A DNA stretch of 63,311 nt, filler included, from Reticulomyxa filosa (taxonomy: Eukaryota > Protista > Foraminifera): the NCBI GenBank assembly GCA_000512085.1. It is 21 parts of 21 records of this genome, joined end to end, with 100 filler letters (N's around TTAATTAATTAA, not from the genome) between each part and the next. Parts side by side here need not be neighbours in the genome. Positions count along the whole stretch, not along the records: positions 1 to 8,272 come from ASPP01005876.1; positions 8,373 to 9,508 come from ASPP01011882.1; positions 9,609 to 11,226 come from ASPP01044556.1; 18 more parts are not named here. One strand, written 5' to 3'. The translations under genes were made by a program, and so were the position numbers. Below are positions 1 to 11,226 of the stretch, piece by piece (within the stretch, counting starts at the first letter, position 1; each line of letters begins with the position of its first letter). The notes beneath the pieces are model-generated. The model was not told the DNA's origin and did no database searches. It was given only the letters and a program-made list of their open reading frames with translations.

Positions 1-119
1 TATATATATATATATGTACATACATATATGTATATGTATACGTAAATATGTACATATATACGTATACATATATACGTATACATATACATATATATATATA
101 TATATGTATATGTATATAT
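1..119. repeat. (TA)n/(TATG)n microsatellite, probably intronic
   Basis: Directly visible dinucleotide-rich tract. The + strand ORF 14..430 is largely its spurious translation. Confidence 0.85.
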
Positions 120-129
120 TGAACCAAAA

Positions 130-898
130 CTTTGAGGACACAGTCTGCCAAAGGAGTGCCCACGACAGAAGGCCTCCATTTGTCAATGTCATATGTGTGA
201 GGAACGCACCCTGTCACAAACTTGCTCATGTTCACCACTGCCATTTCCTCTTCGACCAGCAGGTCTGCACATCCGATATGATAATGACAAGGGTTCGTAT
301 CTTTTTGGATATCCTTCAAGCTGAGACTTGGGCCATAACTTTGACTTTGACTTTGATTTTGATTTTGGTTTTGATTTTGGTTTTGGTTTTGGCTTTGACT
401 TTGCTTTTGGCTTTTTGCTGGTGTCAATGATGATGACGTCGCTGATGATGATGACGTCGCTGATGACGTCGCTGATGTAGATTCTGTAGATATTTGTGTT
501 GCTGTTGTTGTTGTTTCGACCTCTTGGACTTCTCTTTCTTGATTGTGCTTGCTCATGACGTGACGATGTCTTGAAATGGACGACATTTCTGTTGACAACC
601 CCAACAGTCGCAACTGCTGCTGCAGTCTTTTTATTTGCTGCTTCCTGCTGCTCCCGTTTTGTATGCTTGGCAAATGGCTTATTATCTTCAATCTCCTTGG
701 GGCAAGCAACATGTTATTCGTGTTTGCCTTCAACAACACTGGCAACACTTGGCTCCACAGGCTCGAACGGGTCATCAACGTTGTTGGCATTTTGGTCTCA
801 TTGCCAGATTCTTGTACCACGTCCGCATTGAGCGAGGACGATTCAAACAATCTCCAATTACGACGTAATTTTAACAAAAGTCGTCGGAAAAAATGCAT
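130..898 (-). CDS. Hypothetical protein, 5' exon, 3'-partial (absent from the ORF track)
   Basis: Manual translation from ATG at 898 is open: MHFFRRLLLKLRRNWRLF...S/T- and QN-rich linker...CHYHIGCADLLVEEEMAVVNMSKFVTGCVPHTYDIDKWRPSVVGTPLADCVLK, then runs into the TA tract. The R/L/S-rich N-terminus could be a mitochondrial presequence (inference). Confidence 0.6.
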
Positions 899-1699
899 AA
901 GAGACACGTCAATGTAAAGTATGCGTTCTGATGGAAAAATTTTATTACAAAAGGGGGTCTTGTTTTTTAATTTTTTCGCTTGACACTTAGTTCTAACTTG
1001 GCTTATTTTTGGCATAATGAAAATTTAGAAAAATCACCGCTTTGTTACAAAAAAAAATAAACAAAAAAATGCAAATTATTATCGGAGGCACGCTGATTCC
1101 AACAAAGAACATTGCGGCTCAACAGCAGCGTGAAAAAAATTCTCGAGATTATATTACTTTTCTGCGAGAAAAAAAATAATCATTCCTGCGAAAAGCAGCT
1201 TTTTATATTTCATTTGATCAATCATGTACATAACAGAATATAAAAAAAGCATATCATTAGCAATGAAAGTTTTTTCTTCTATCAAATTCGCTACTTTTTT
1301 CACTTGGCTTTGTTGCACTTTTCAATAGCGCTCGTCACAAACCAAAAAATGAAAAACGATCAATTTTCAAAAGCACTAACAAAAAAGCGGAACTTTTAGT
1401 TTACACTGTCAATTTTTTCGTTACAATTCGAAGCTTTGATATTTGTAGTGCAATGCCCTACTAATTACAGGAAAAGTTTCATATGAACGATGGAATCCTT
1501 TTTTCCTCAACAACCTTCACTGTCTTCTTTTACTTTTATGTTTTCTTATTCTTTGTCAGTGAGTTGTTTATCTCTTTATTATTTAACTACTTTTGTTTTC
1601 CTTTTCGAAAACTCTTTTAGTAATTACTTTCGTATTACACTTGACTCTTCCTACATATTCTAGTTTTTTTAGTTCGTTGTTGTAAAATAGTTTATTTAT

Positions 1700-3085
1700 T
1701 CAAAAAATGTTTTTAGAGATTATCCCCAAAATATGAATTAGACCCTTACGTGAGCCATAACATAAATTAATACAACTACCAATATCGTTATTGTTTTTTC
1801 GGTTCTTTTTTAATTGTAAAAATTTAAGACAATATATTCCATTATCTTCATTATCTCCTTCGATTAAATGTAATTCTTTCTTATTTGATCGAATATCCCA
1901 AAAACGAATTGTATTATCACTTGATCCAGAACATATCACATATGAATTACCACAAACTTCGATATTTTTTACTACAAATGGTGAATACTCAACGGCAAAA
2001 ACAGCATATTTGTGTCCATTGAACACTTGAATTTGTTGACCAGATCGAATATCACACAAGCGAACACTCTTATCATTTGATCCAGATAATATTGTATTTA
2101 CTAATTCATTTGATCCATATTTTACACTTCGAACATAATCTTCATGTCCATTAAATATAATCAATTGTTTGGTTGTTTCAATATCCCATATTCGAATGGT
2201 TTTATCATATGATCCAGAACAAATAGTATATCCATTACCACCAATTATACCAATATTATTATCTTTATCATTGTCATTCTTGTTATTGCCTTGCAATGGT
2301 GAAATATCAACACACCAAACAAAATGTGTATGTCCATTGAAAACATGTAATGATTTGGATATTTCAATATCCCATAAACGAATAGTATCATCACCAGATC
2401 CAGAGCACAAATATCTACCACCATTGAACGATGAAAATTCAATTCCATAAACACCACCAGTGTGTCCATTGAATATTTGCAACTGTTGATTATTTTTGGT
2501 ATCCCAAAATCGAATAGTTTTGTCATGTGATGAAGAACAAATGACACTACGGCTATTGTTATAGTCATGATATTGTGAAAATTTCACACAATACACAGAA
2601 CTTAAATGTTTATTAAATGATTGAACTTGCTTACTGTCCTTAATATCCCATACATAAACTTTATTATCATTAGATCCAGAGCAAATAAATTGATTGTTAT
2701 TGGATGTTGAGTAATCAATACTATTCACACAATCTCTGTGTCCAGTGAAAGTATTGAGTAGTTTAGATGATGAATAAAACAGCTCAAATATGAAGAAGTT
2801 AGTTATCTATATTACATTTTGAACACAATAAAAACAATAAATAAATATTTATCATTAAATAAAACAAAACTTAACATATTTAACGATAATTTTGCTGAAA
2901 TCTTGGATCCATCCTAATTTAATGTTTAATATTCGAATCCAATGTTGCATAATTTTTTGAGTTTCGTCTTCTTCTAGCTGATTTTAGTTGCAAACACAAA
3001 ATTACATATAAGAAAGACTTAATGCTAACTAACTAGTCTCTTGAAAGATTGAAAAGAAGCTTACCAATGATAGTTGCGTTGACAT
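1700..3085 (-). CDS. WD40-repeat protein with N-terminal W-I-R...GWI.DF module (3 exons)
   Basis: Seven GH...WD-type repeats in ORF 1700..2728. Upstream exons read by hand: 3085-3065 (MSTQLSL, GT donor), 2977-2876 (LEEDETQKIMQHWIRILNIKLGWIQDFSKIIVKY), then ITNFFIFELF into the propeller. Confidence 0.88.
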
Positions 3086-3419
3086 TTTTTTAGATGATAT
3101 AAGATGAAAATTTTTTTGAATTTTTAGCTCAAAATCAACAAAGACGTTGTCAAACTGAACAACGTAGAAAATTATTTAAAATTGAATAAAGCGCGTGTCC
3201 AAAAAAATATTAAACAAAACGTAATAAATACTCAAATTATTAAATTTGTTTTTAGTTTCAATGGATATTATTTTATTCAATTATTATGTTTTTTAAGATT
3301 GTTCAATTATTAAAAGTTAAGAGTCTGTAAGTATTCGATCTTAGAAGATTTTTTTGCGAACAATTTATTACAGGTGCAATAGCAAATAATGTGTAATTTC
3401 TCAATGATTTTGTAATAAA

Positions 3420-3570
3420 ATGAAGACAAGTGATATTACAACTTTTGTCATAATAATGATATTGTGAGAATTTCACACAATACACATGATCTAATTTGTT
3501 TATTAGTCTCTAGCTACCAAAAACGAATACAAGTTTATTTGTGAGTATCCAAGTGATGTTAAATTACTCA
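3420..3570. pseudogene. Back-to-back scraps of a WD40 gene (-) and a Kelch-like gene (+)
   Basis: The - strand 3420-3495 reads DHVYCVKFSQYHYYDKSCN, matching the neighbouring WD40 genes. The + strand 3519-3567 reads KNEYKFICEYPSDVKL, nearly identical to ~6170-6215 and ~37800-37845. Confidence 0.7.
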
Positions 3571-4086
3571 AATTGGTTCCAACAATGAATAAGTGTTATT
3601 TTGTATAAATAACAAAAGGGAGTTGGATACGTTATTTTTCATTTTTTCAAGCAAAACAATTTTAGTTTGATTTTGTGATTTCATTTCTTTTCTGATAAGC
3701 AAAAGAAAGATAAAAATTTTGCAAAGTATTGAATTGCAACTCGTAAGAATGTAACACAAAACATGAAAGCAGTAAATGATAAAAAAAGAAAACATTATAA
3801 CTTTGGCAAAAAAAACAGATAAAAAATAGAAAAATCCAATAAAAATAGAAGAACAAAAAAAATTGAACTGTGTTTTTTTTTTTTTTTTTTTTTTTTTTTT
3901 GTCGTTTTGTTTCGCATTCTCTTTAATCGTTTTGGATGGTAATTTAAAAGTAAGTTATTTCTTTTGAAGTGATAACAGTATTGCAAAATAGAAATATTCA
4001 AAATATGTATCTTGATTAGATTGTTTCATTTAATTCGCTCAAAAAGAATGAAACCAATCAAACACATTTTGGATAGAGAAATAAGG

Positions 4087-5488
4087 TTATCCCCAGATAT
4101 AAATTGATCCCTTGCTTGAGCCATAGCATAAATTAATGCCACGTCCATTATCATTACTGCCTTTTCTATTCTGTTTGAATTGTAGAAATTTAAGACATAA
4201 TATTCCATTATCTTCTTCGTTATTTCCTTTGATCACATACAATTCATTCTTATTTGATCGAATATCCCAAAACCGAACTGTATTATCACTTGATCCAGAA
4301 CAGACCACATTTGTACTGTCACCAACTTCGATATTATTTACTACAAATGACGAATATTCAACAGCATAGACATAGCCATCATGTCTATTGAATACTTGAA
4401 TTTGTTGACCAGATCGAATATCCCATAACCGAACACTGTTATCAAATGACCCAGATAATATTGTATTTGCACAATTACTAATTCCTAATTCATTTGATCC
4501 ATATTTTACACTCGCAATCCAATTTTCATGTCCTTTGAATGTAATCGACTGTTTGGTCGTTTCAATATCCCATATACAAATAGTTTTATCATATGATCCA
4601 GAACAAATGGTATATCCATTGCCACCAATTGCACCAATGCCACTTTTGTTATTGTCATTCTTATTACTGCTATTGCTTTGTAATGGTGAAATATCCACAC
4701 ATCGAACAGCTCTTGTATGTCCACTAAAGACATGCAATGATTTGGACGTTTCCATATCCCACAAACGAATAGTATTATCAAATGATCCAGAACACAAGTA
4801 TCTACCATTACTGAACGATGAGAATTCCATACCACAAACACAATCGGTGTGGTCATTACATATTTGTAATTGTTTATTATGCTTGACATCCCAAAATCGA
4901 ATGGTTTTGCCAAGTGATAAACAACAAATGACACTGCGACAATTGTTATAATGATGGTATTGTGAAAATTTCACACAATATACATAGTCTGAATGTCCAT
5001 TGAAGGATTGAATTTGCTTATTGGTTTCTACATCCCATACGCAAACTGTTTTATCATCAGATCCAGAACAAATGAACTGACCACAATCGAATGTTGAATA
5101 ATCAATACTGTTCACCCAACTTGTATGCCCTGTGAATGTCTTGATCAATTTGGATGATGAACGAAACACCTCAAACACGAAGAAGTTAGTTGCCTGGATC
5201 AAATTGAATATAAATAGAATAAATGAGTATTTTTATTAAAATAAAAAAATAAACAAATTAGCTTAACGTATTTGACAACAAGTCTGTCAAAATCATAAAT
5301 CCATCCTAATTTGATATTTGATATTCGAACCCAATATTTAATAATTATTTCGGTTTCTTCTTCTGTTGACAGATTTATCTTAAATCACGTATAATCAAAC
5401 TTAGAGTTAGTTCTTTGTGAACGATTGAAACGAAACTTACCACTGATTGTCGTATTGATGACACTGGTTTGCTTATAGGATTGCCCAT
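4087..5488 (-). CDS. WD40-repeat protein with N-terminal module (3 exons), tandem paralog of 1700..3085
   Basis: ORF 4087..5202 has seven WD repeats highly similar to the neighbour. ATG at 5488 (MGNPISKPVSSIRQSV, GT donor), module exon 5378-5268 (..TEEETEIIIKYWVRISNIKLGWIYDFDRLVVKY), acceptor before 5193. Confidence 0.9.
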
Positions 5489-6039
5489 TTTTCCAACTTC
5501 TGCTGTTTTCTCTTGAGCTTCTATTCGATGATGAGAATGATGCAAAATCTAAAACTGGAGTTTTTAGTTCATAAAAAGCTTTAACAATATACGGACCAAT
5601 TTTTTTTAAGGTTGTGATTTAGTGTTAAAATAAATAAAGTAATTTTTATATTTAATCAGTAACATTTTTTGTGAGTTTTTGCATTTAGAAGTAGTTTAAG
5701 ATTGGTAATAATAAGGTGAAACAACATTTTGTAAAGATTTGGCATAGTAAAATTTTATACTTTGTAGTTTTAATCTCTTGCAAGTCTTTCAATCAGTGGA
5801 AACTTAACCATCTTTTTAATGCTGTCTTTTTCAATACATGGCTTGTGCTTGATATAAAAAACAGCTTAAGATTTATTATCACAACTAAAAAATAGCTTGT
5901 CTCAAGAATATAGGCTTGTGTGAAGGAACTTGGTAATAGAAGAAAGCAAGCTAAAAATTAAGCAATAAATAAAACTCCTTTTTAAGATTTGAATTATTCT
6001 CCACTCTACTTGCTGAACAAAATCAGCATATTGTTACTT

Positions 6040-6972
6040 CATCTCACTTTTAAGGTTTGAAGGATTTGCCTACTCCACTTCATCGACCTCAATGCGTACA
6101 ACACAAAGACGAAATCCTCATTTGCGGAAGCTACAAACAAAGAGCTTGTTACTCTTATCATACACTAAGAAACGAATACAAGTTTATCTGTGAGTATCCA
6201 AGCAATGTTAAATTAAATGGAATTGTGTAGTGAAAATGGTAGACAAGGACAGCAACAAAGACAGTAATAGAATCACTTTGTTGTTATTTATCACTTATTT
6301 TTATGGTAATATTAGTGTGTTTGATTTAAATACATTTCAACGTATTGGATATGATTATTTGCCAGTTAAGGAAATAAGTTATCACTGCTTTGTATCAAAT
6401 TCAGAAACTGGGCAAGGACAAGGAATGACGAAAACAAATAAAAAAATTCATGAAATGCTGTTATTTTGTGAAAAGAAAGGATTATCAATTGAATGTGATG
6501 AAGATAACAACACTTTTCAATTTCGTCAACTACCTCTTTGTAATAATACTGCACCATTCAAATATTATGCATATGTGTGTATCAATGACTTAATCTTGTT
6601 TTTTGGTGGATATGTGTACAAGTATTTAATTTAAGGAAATAAATGGACGACATTTCAAAACGTTTTACCAGTCCATTGAGAAATCAGGTTGCAGTACTGA
6701 GTGAAGATAACACTGATATACACGTCATTGGAGGAAGTGCCACAGTATCAAGTCACATAAAGACAAAAGTGCGTGCATGTGATATTTCACAGTTGGTAAA
6801 GCTTTTTTTTTTTTTTGGTGACCTAAACTATATTGCATGAAACTGATCACCAAATAAATAATAAACAGTCAAAAATGAAATAAAATGTATTATTCAATAT
6901 TGGGTTCGAAAGTTAAAGATAAAATTTGGATAGATCGATGATTTTGAGTAAATTATTGTCAAATACAATTAA
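6040..6972 (+). pseudogene. Kelch/galactose-oxidase-like propeller gene with C-terminal module, disrupted
   Basis: Paralog of 37644-38687 (LKDLPTPLHRPQCVQHKDEILICG, CYSYHTL, ILFFGG, HVIGG). Has a frameshift near 6220, an internal deletion, a stop at 6632, and two in-frame stops in the module exon 6869-6966 (IIQYWVRKLKIKFG*IDDFE*IIVKY). Confidence 0.8.
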
Positions 6973-7270
6973 AATGAAGTAAATTTTGACATTCATTGAC
7001 TATTTTCAGTCTAAAAATAATTCAATTATTGTAAAGATATAATTAAGCAATCTGTGTAATTTATATGACTCTTCTTTGAATCTTGGAAACTAAAAAAAAA
7101 TAAAGGTAATATGCTTCATTTTTGATCAAGTTTAAAAATTTTTTTTAAAGAAATTTTGGTGTATGCATTAAAAAAAAAATATCAAAGCTTTTTTTTTTTG
7201 TTACTATTTTCATTGTTTATGGATTACACTTGATTTTGGATTGTATTTGTTTGTCTTACAAAAAAAAGAT

Positions 7271-8272
7271 TCACAATAATTTCCATAATTGAATGGCTCC
7301 ATTTTCAGAAACTGACACAATTGTAGTATCATTTGATGAAACATCTATCATAGTTATGTTATCAGAACATCCTTTCAATTTTTGTGTTTCTACTTCTAAT
7401 TCGGCATCCCATAGCCGGATTGTATTATCCATCGAACATGATACAAGAGTTTGGTTATCTGAAAAGAATTTTACATCATTTACTGCATCAAAATGTCCCT
7501 CTAATATTTTACTTTTTCTTCCTGATATCACGTTCCATAAGGATATCTCCTCTGTTCTCGAACAAGATACAGCCAAGCAACCATTTGATGAAAGTTTTGC
7601 TTTGCGTTCATATTGAGCATTTCCACCGAATTCACATATCATTTTACGTTCAGTAACATCCCAAATTTCAATTGGTCCATTATTGGACACTGCCATAATT
7701 CGTTGACCATTGGGTGCAAATTGTGCATATGTCATGTCACTGAATTGTTCTAAAATCACTACTTCTCGTCCAGAAGGCACATCCCATATTCGAATTGTTT
7801 GATCTTGTGAAGCAGATACAATGGCTTTTCCATCTGGTGAGAATTGGACACTTGTTACAGCTTGTTTATGTCCTCGTAATTCGGTTATTTTTTTATGCGA
7901 TGATTCATTCCATAATATAATGGCTTTGTCATTTGAACATGAAACAATCATATTTCCATCTGGTGAAAATTGTGCATCGTTTACAATATCGGAATGTCCT
8001 TTAAGTACTCCAATTTCTTGTTCGGATGCAATACCCAATATCTTGACTGTTTCATTTGAACATAAGACAATCTTAGAACCGTCTGGAGAAAATTTTACAC
8101 TGCGCACATGAGAAGGGTGTCTTTGAAGAATTTTTAAATATCGATAGTGTTTTCTCTATTATAAATGCATTAGTTAATTAATTAATTAATTAATTAATTA
8201 ATTAATTTATTTATTTATTTTTAATACATTACAAACACAAATTATAACATACCAGAATATGTCTTGCAATAA
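7271..8272 (-). CDS. WD40-repeat protein (FSPDG subfamily), 5'-partial
   Basis: ORF 7271..8107 has repeated GH...FSPDG...W[DN] units. The exon extends to ~8156 (RKHYRYLKILQRH), and an upstream exon tail IARHIL with a GT donor lies at ~8253-8272. Confidence 0.88.
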
Positions 8273-8372
8273 NNNNNNNNNNNNNNNNNNNNNNNNNNNN
8301 NNNNNNNNNNNNNNNNTTAATTAATTAANNNNNNNNNNNNNNNNNNNNNNNNNNNNNNNNNNNNNNNNNNNN
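8273..8372. other. Artificial contig-joining linker (N44-TTAATTAATTAA-N44), first of 20
   Basis: Identical 100-nt spacer with stops in all six frames. The others start at 9509, 11227, 12594, 15752, 17995, 29941, 31687, 35605, 36737, 41301, 45817, 47065, 48232, 51243, 52858, 54052, 57339, 60165 and 62146. Genes are truncated at these points. Confidence 0.98.
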
Positions 8373-8408
<36 letters not shown>

Positions 8409-9400
8409 CAACAATGGAAAAGAAAGAGAAAAGAACAAAGGACATTACAGCAGTGGGAGCAGAGACGAAAGCACATTGTGCAGCCATTTGAAACTGATAT
8501 CATACAAAGAGACGAAAAAGCTCGCGAGCAAAGCAAGTTTTTGAAAGAGGCATTGCGACGCGAAGTGTTGTTTGACGGATTGGACGAGACAGTGATTCAG
8601 GAGATTGTGCAATGGATGTACAAGATCGTGTGCAAGGCCGACGATGTAATAATCCAGCAAGGCGAGTATGGGGATGCCTATTTCGTCGTGGAGTCGGGCA
8701 CGTTCCAGGTGATCCACCAAGATCAGCAACATCCCAATGCCACGCCCAAAGTCGTGGGCGAGTGTCACGGCGGAGATGCCTTTGGCGAAGGATCGCTATT
8801 GTACTCTATTCCACGTGCCGCCACTTTGAAGGCCACACAAAAGTCTATCGTGTGGGCCTTGGATGCTCTCAAGTTTGTCGAAATCCGTCAAAAGAGTTCC
8901 AAAGATAAAAATGAAAAGGTCGCCCGCATGGTTCAGTTCTTGAAAGGCATTCAGCTATTCAAAGATTATGACGAACATGACATTACCCAAATTGCCCAAG
9001 CCATCAAGGCGCACAACTACAAAAAGGGAGAGGCCATTGTGGAAGAGGGCGAGGAGTCCAAGGAGTTTTACATCATTCGCAAGGGTGTCGCCGAAGTACG
9101 CAAACGAGACGATGCCGATGGCCAGATACACGCCTTGCAAAAAAACTCAAGGAAGGCGACTTTTTCGGAGAACGCGGTATTTTCCTAAACACAAAGCGGA
9201 CAGCCACCATTGTCGCCGTCACGCCGACGCGCTGCTATGTCATCCAAGCCCCAGACTTTAAAAACCTCATGGAAGTGCCTTTGCAGCAAAAATGGAGTGA
9301 GCAAATGAAAGATTATGACGCACTTCATAATGCCAATGGTGACGTTGATGTTGATGGAAATCCAACTATTACCAATGATGACGATAACGATGACAATAAA

Positions 9401-9432
<32 letters not shown>

Positions 9433-9451
9433 CAATAACAATAATAACAAC

Positions 9452-9507
<56 letters not shown>

Positions 9508-9508
9508 G
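8373..9508 (+). CDS. Protein with two cyclic-nucleotide-binding domains (PKA-regulatory/PKG-like), partial
   Basis: IIQQGEYGDAYFVVESG...FGEGSLLYSIPRAAT is domain 1. Domain 2 (IVEEGEESKEFYIIRKG) continues after a frameshift in the A-run at ~9139-9145 as LKEGDFFGERGIFLNTKRTATIVAVTPTRCYVI. Confidence 0.88.
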
Positions 9509-9608
9509 NNNNNNNNNNNNNNNNNNNNNNNNNNNNNNNNNNNNNNNNNNNNTTAATTAATTAANNNNNNNNNNNNNNNNNNNNNNNNNNNNNNNNNNNN
9601 NNNNNNNN

Positions 9609-11226
9609 AATCCATTTCTTGGTAAGTTAGAATAGGTGGCAAGTTGGCGTTGATACCATTTATGGATATAATAGCCAAAGGGAAAAGAAAAGCGGAAGTT
9701 GTCTTGAATGGAATAGAGCTGAGGTTCAATTACAAACAAAAGCAATTGATTGGGATTAAAGCTTGGAGTTTTCATTTTGACTAATTTTTGATTGTTCAGC
9801 GCTTTTTCAAACAATTCTGAATACCATTGGTGCCCATCCTCTTCGTTTTTCTTGCTTTTGGCATAGTCCTTTTCAATATCGTTTTGATACATATTATATA
9901 TATCATGTAAATAAAACATGTGACTATGTGGTGAGTATACAAAACTGCAAAACCACCGTTTTGATAAATGACAAATAAAACGTTGACCAAAGTCAAAGTT
10001 AACAAAGTATCAATATTATTCTGGTGTCGTGCAAAAAAAGGTCCTTCGATGTTTTCCTTTCTTCCCTTCTCTAAGTCCTGCAAAATATCATCAATTGACC
10101 TATTTTCTGCAGCTTTGGACAGGAGTTCCTTCAATCGTTTTATAAGCAAGTTTTTACAATTCTCAAATTTTTCGTCCCTAAATATCAAGCGCAATATCTT
10201 TTTTTCTTCCAATGACTTGAACGAATGTGAAAAATGTAATCTTCCAAATACTCGGTGAGCGCATTTGAACAAGTCCTGTGAAACAATTTTTTTTCATTGC
10301 ATTATTTATTCCAAAAAAAATTCAAAAGAGCTGATTCGCTTGACCTGTTTATCTATTATATCCGCCAACTTTTTTTTCAAATCTTTTTGCAAGGATATCG
10401 GACTCGTTGATAATAAATAGTCAACATATACAATCTTCCACTTTCTATTATTTTTTTAACAATAAAAAAGATAATAAACACGATCCCAATCTTGAAGAAA
10501 ATATTTTTTTTAACTGTCGAAATACTAAAGGAAAGGATGATTCTCTAGTGGTGTTAATCAGCAGAACCACTAATTTCTTTTTTTCACTATTGTTCGGATC
10601 GCTATAAAAGAGATTATGTTCAAATTGAAGGATATATATTACTTGTTCCAATTGACGGACACTTTCAGATGTGTGACGATGTTGAAAGATTAACACATCA
10701 CTCGGCACTTTACTCTTGAAAAATTCCGCAATCGTATTTTCAAATTCACTGATTTTTTTGAATGACATAATTTTCTTTGTATAATGGAGCCACTTTATTG
10801 GAATGTTGCGCTCTACATCATTTGTAATCACCATCAACATTTGGTCTCTGGATTTCTTCTGCTGATCTGTTACAGCATTTTCCTTTTTATTTGTGTCCAT
10901 GCCAAACAAAGGAGGTGATGCTATAAACGCATTGTAAGAAAAATGTTTGCACCTACCAATGAATAAAATTGTATATCTTTATCAATCTTTGCGTTGATAA
11001 CTTCTTCTGGTTGGCACAAGGGGAGGAATAAATCTAACAATTGCGATCTCAATTCCTCGCTGTCAAATTGAATGGTTTCCAATTTTTCATATGTTGTTTG
11101 CATTTGTTCCTTTTTTTCATCGTCCTTGCTTTCTTCTGCTTTCAGCGCTTTTTGTATACTCAAATAGAGTAATGCTGATGGCAGAGTATCATCACAGTAT
11201 CCACAAAACGCTTTAGATAGATGTCC
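9609..11226 (-). CDS. Internal fragment of a giant RNF213/mysterin-like protein
   Basis: Successive segments recall, in the right order, the region of RNF213 after the AAA+ modules: AFCGYCDDTLPSALL, LLDLFLPLCQPEEV, EFENTIAEFF..LIFQ, EGPFFARHQNNIDTLLTLTLVNVLFVIYQNGGFAVL, FSFPFGYYI. Recognition is from memory of motifs. The frame is broken by introns or frameshifts. Confidence 0.55.

Noticed and set aside
8174-8206. (TTAA)n tract resembling the linker or piggyBac target sites
   Set aside because: Ordinary intronic microsatellite with no N flanks or terminal inverted repeats.
9139-9145. Programmed ribosomal frameshifting in the cNMP gene (also CHD gene at ~41980 and ~45335)
   Set aside because: All breaks fall in A-homopolymers and are fixed by a one-base length change, typical of pyrosequencing-type errors.
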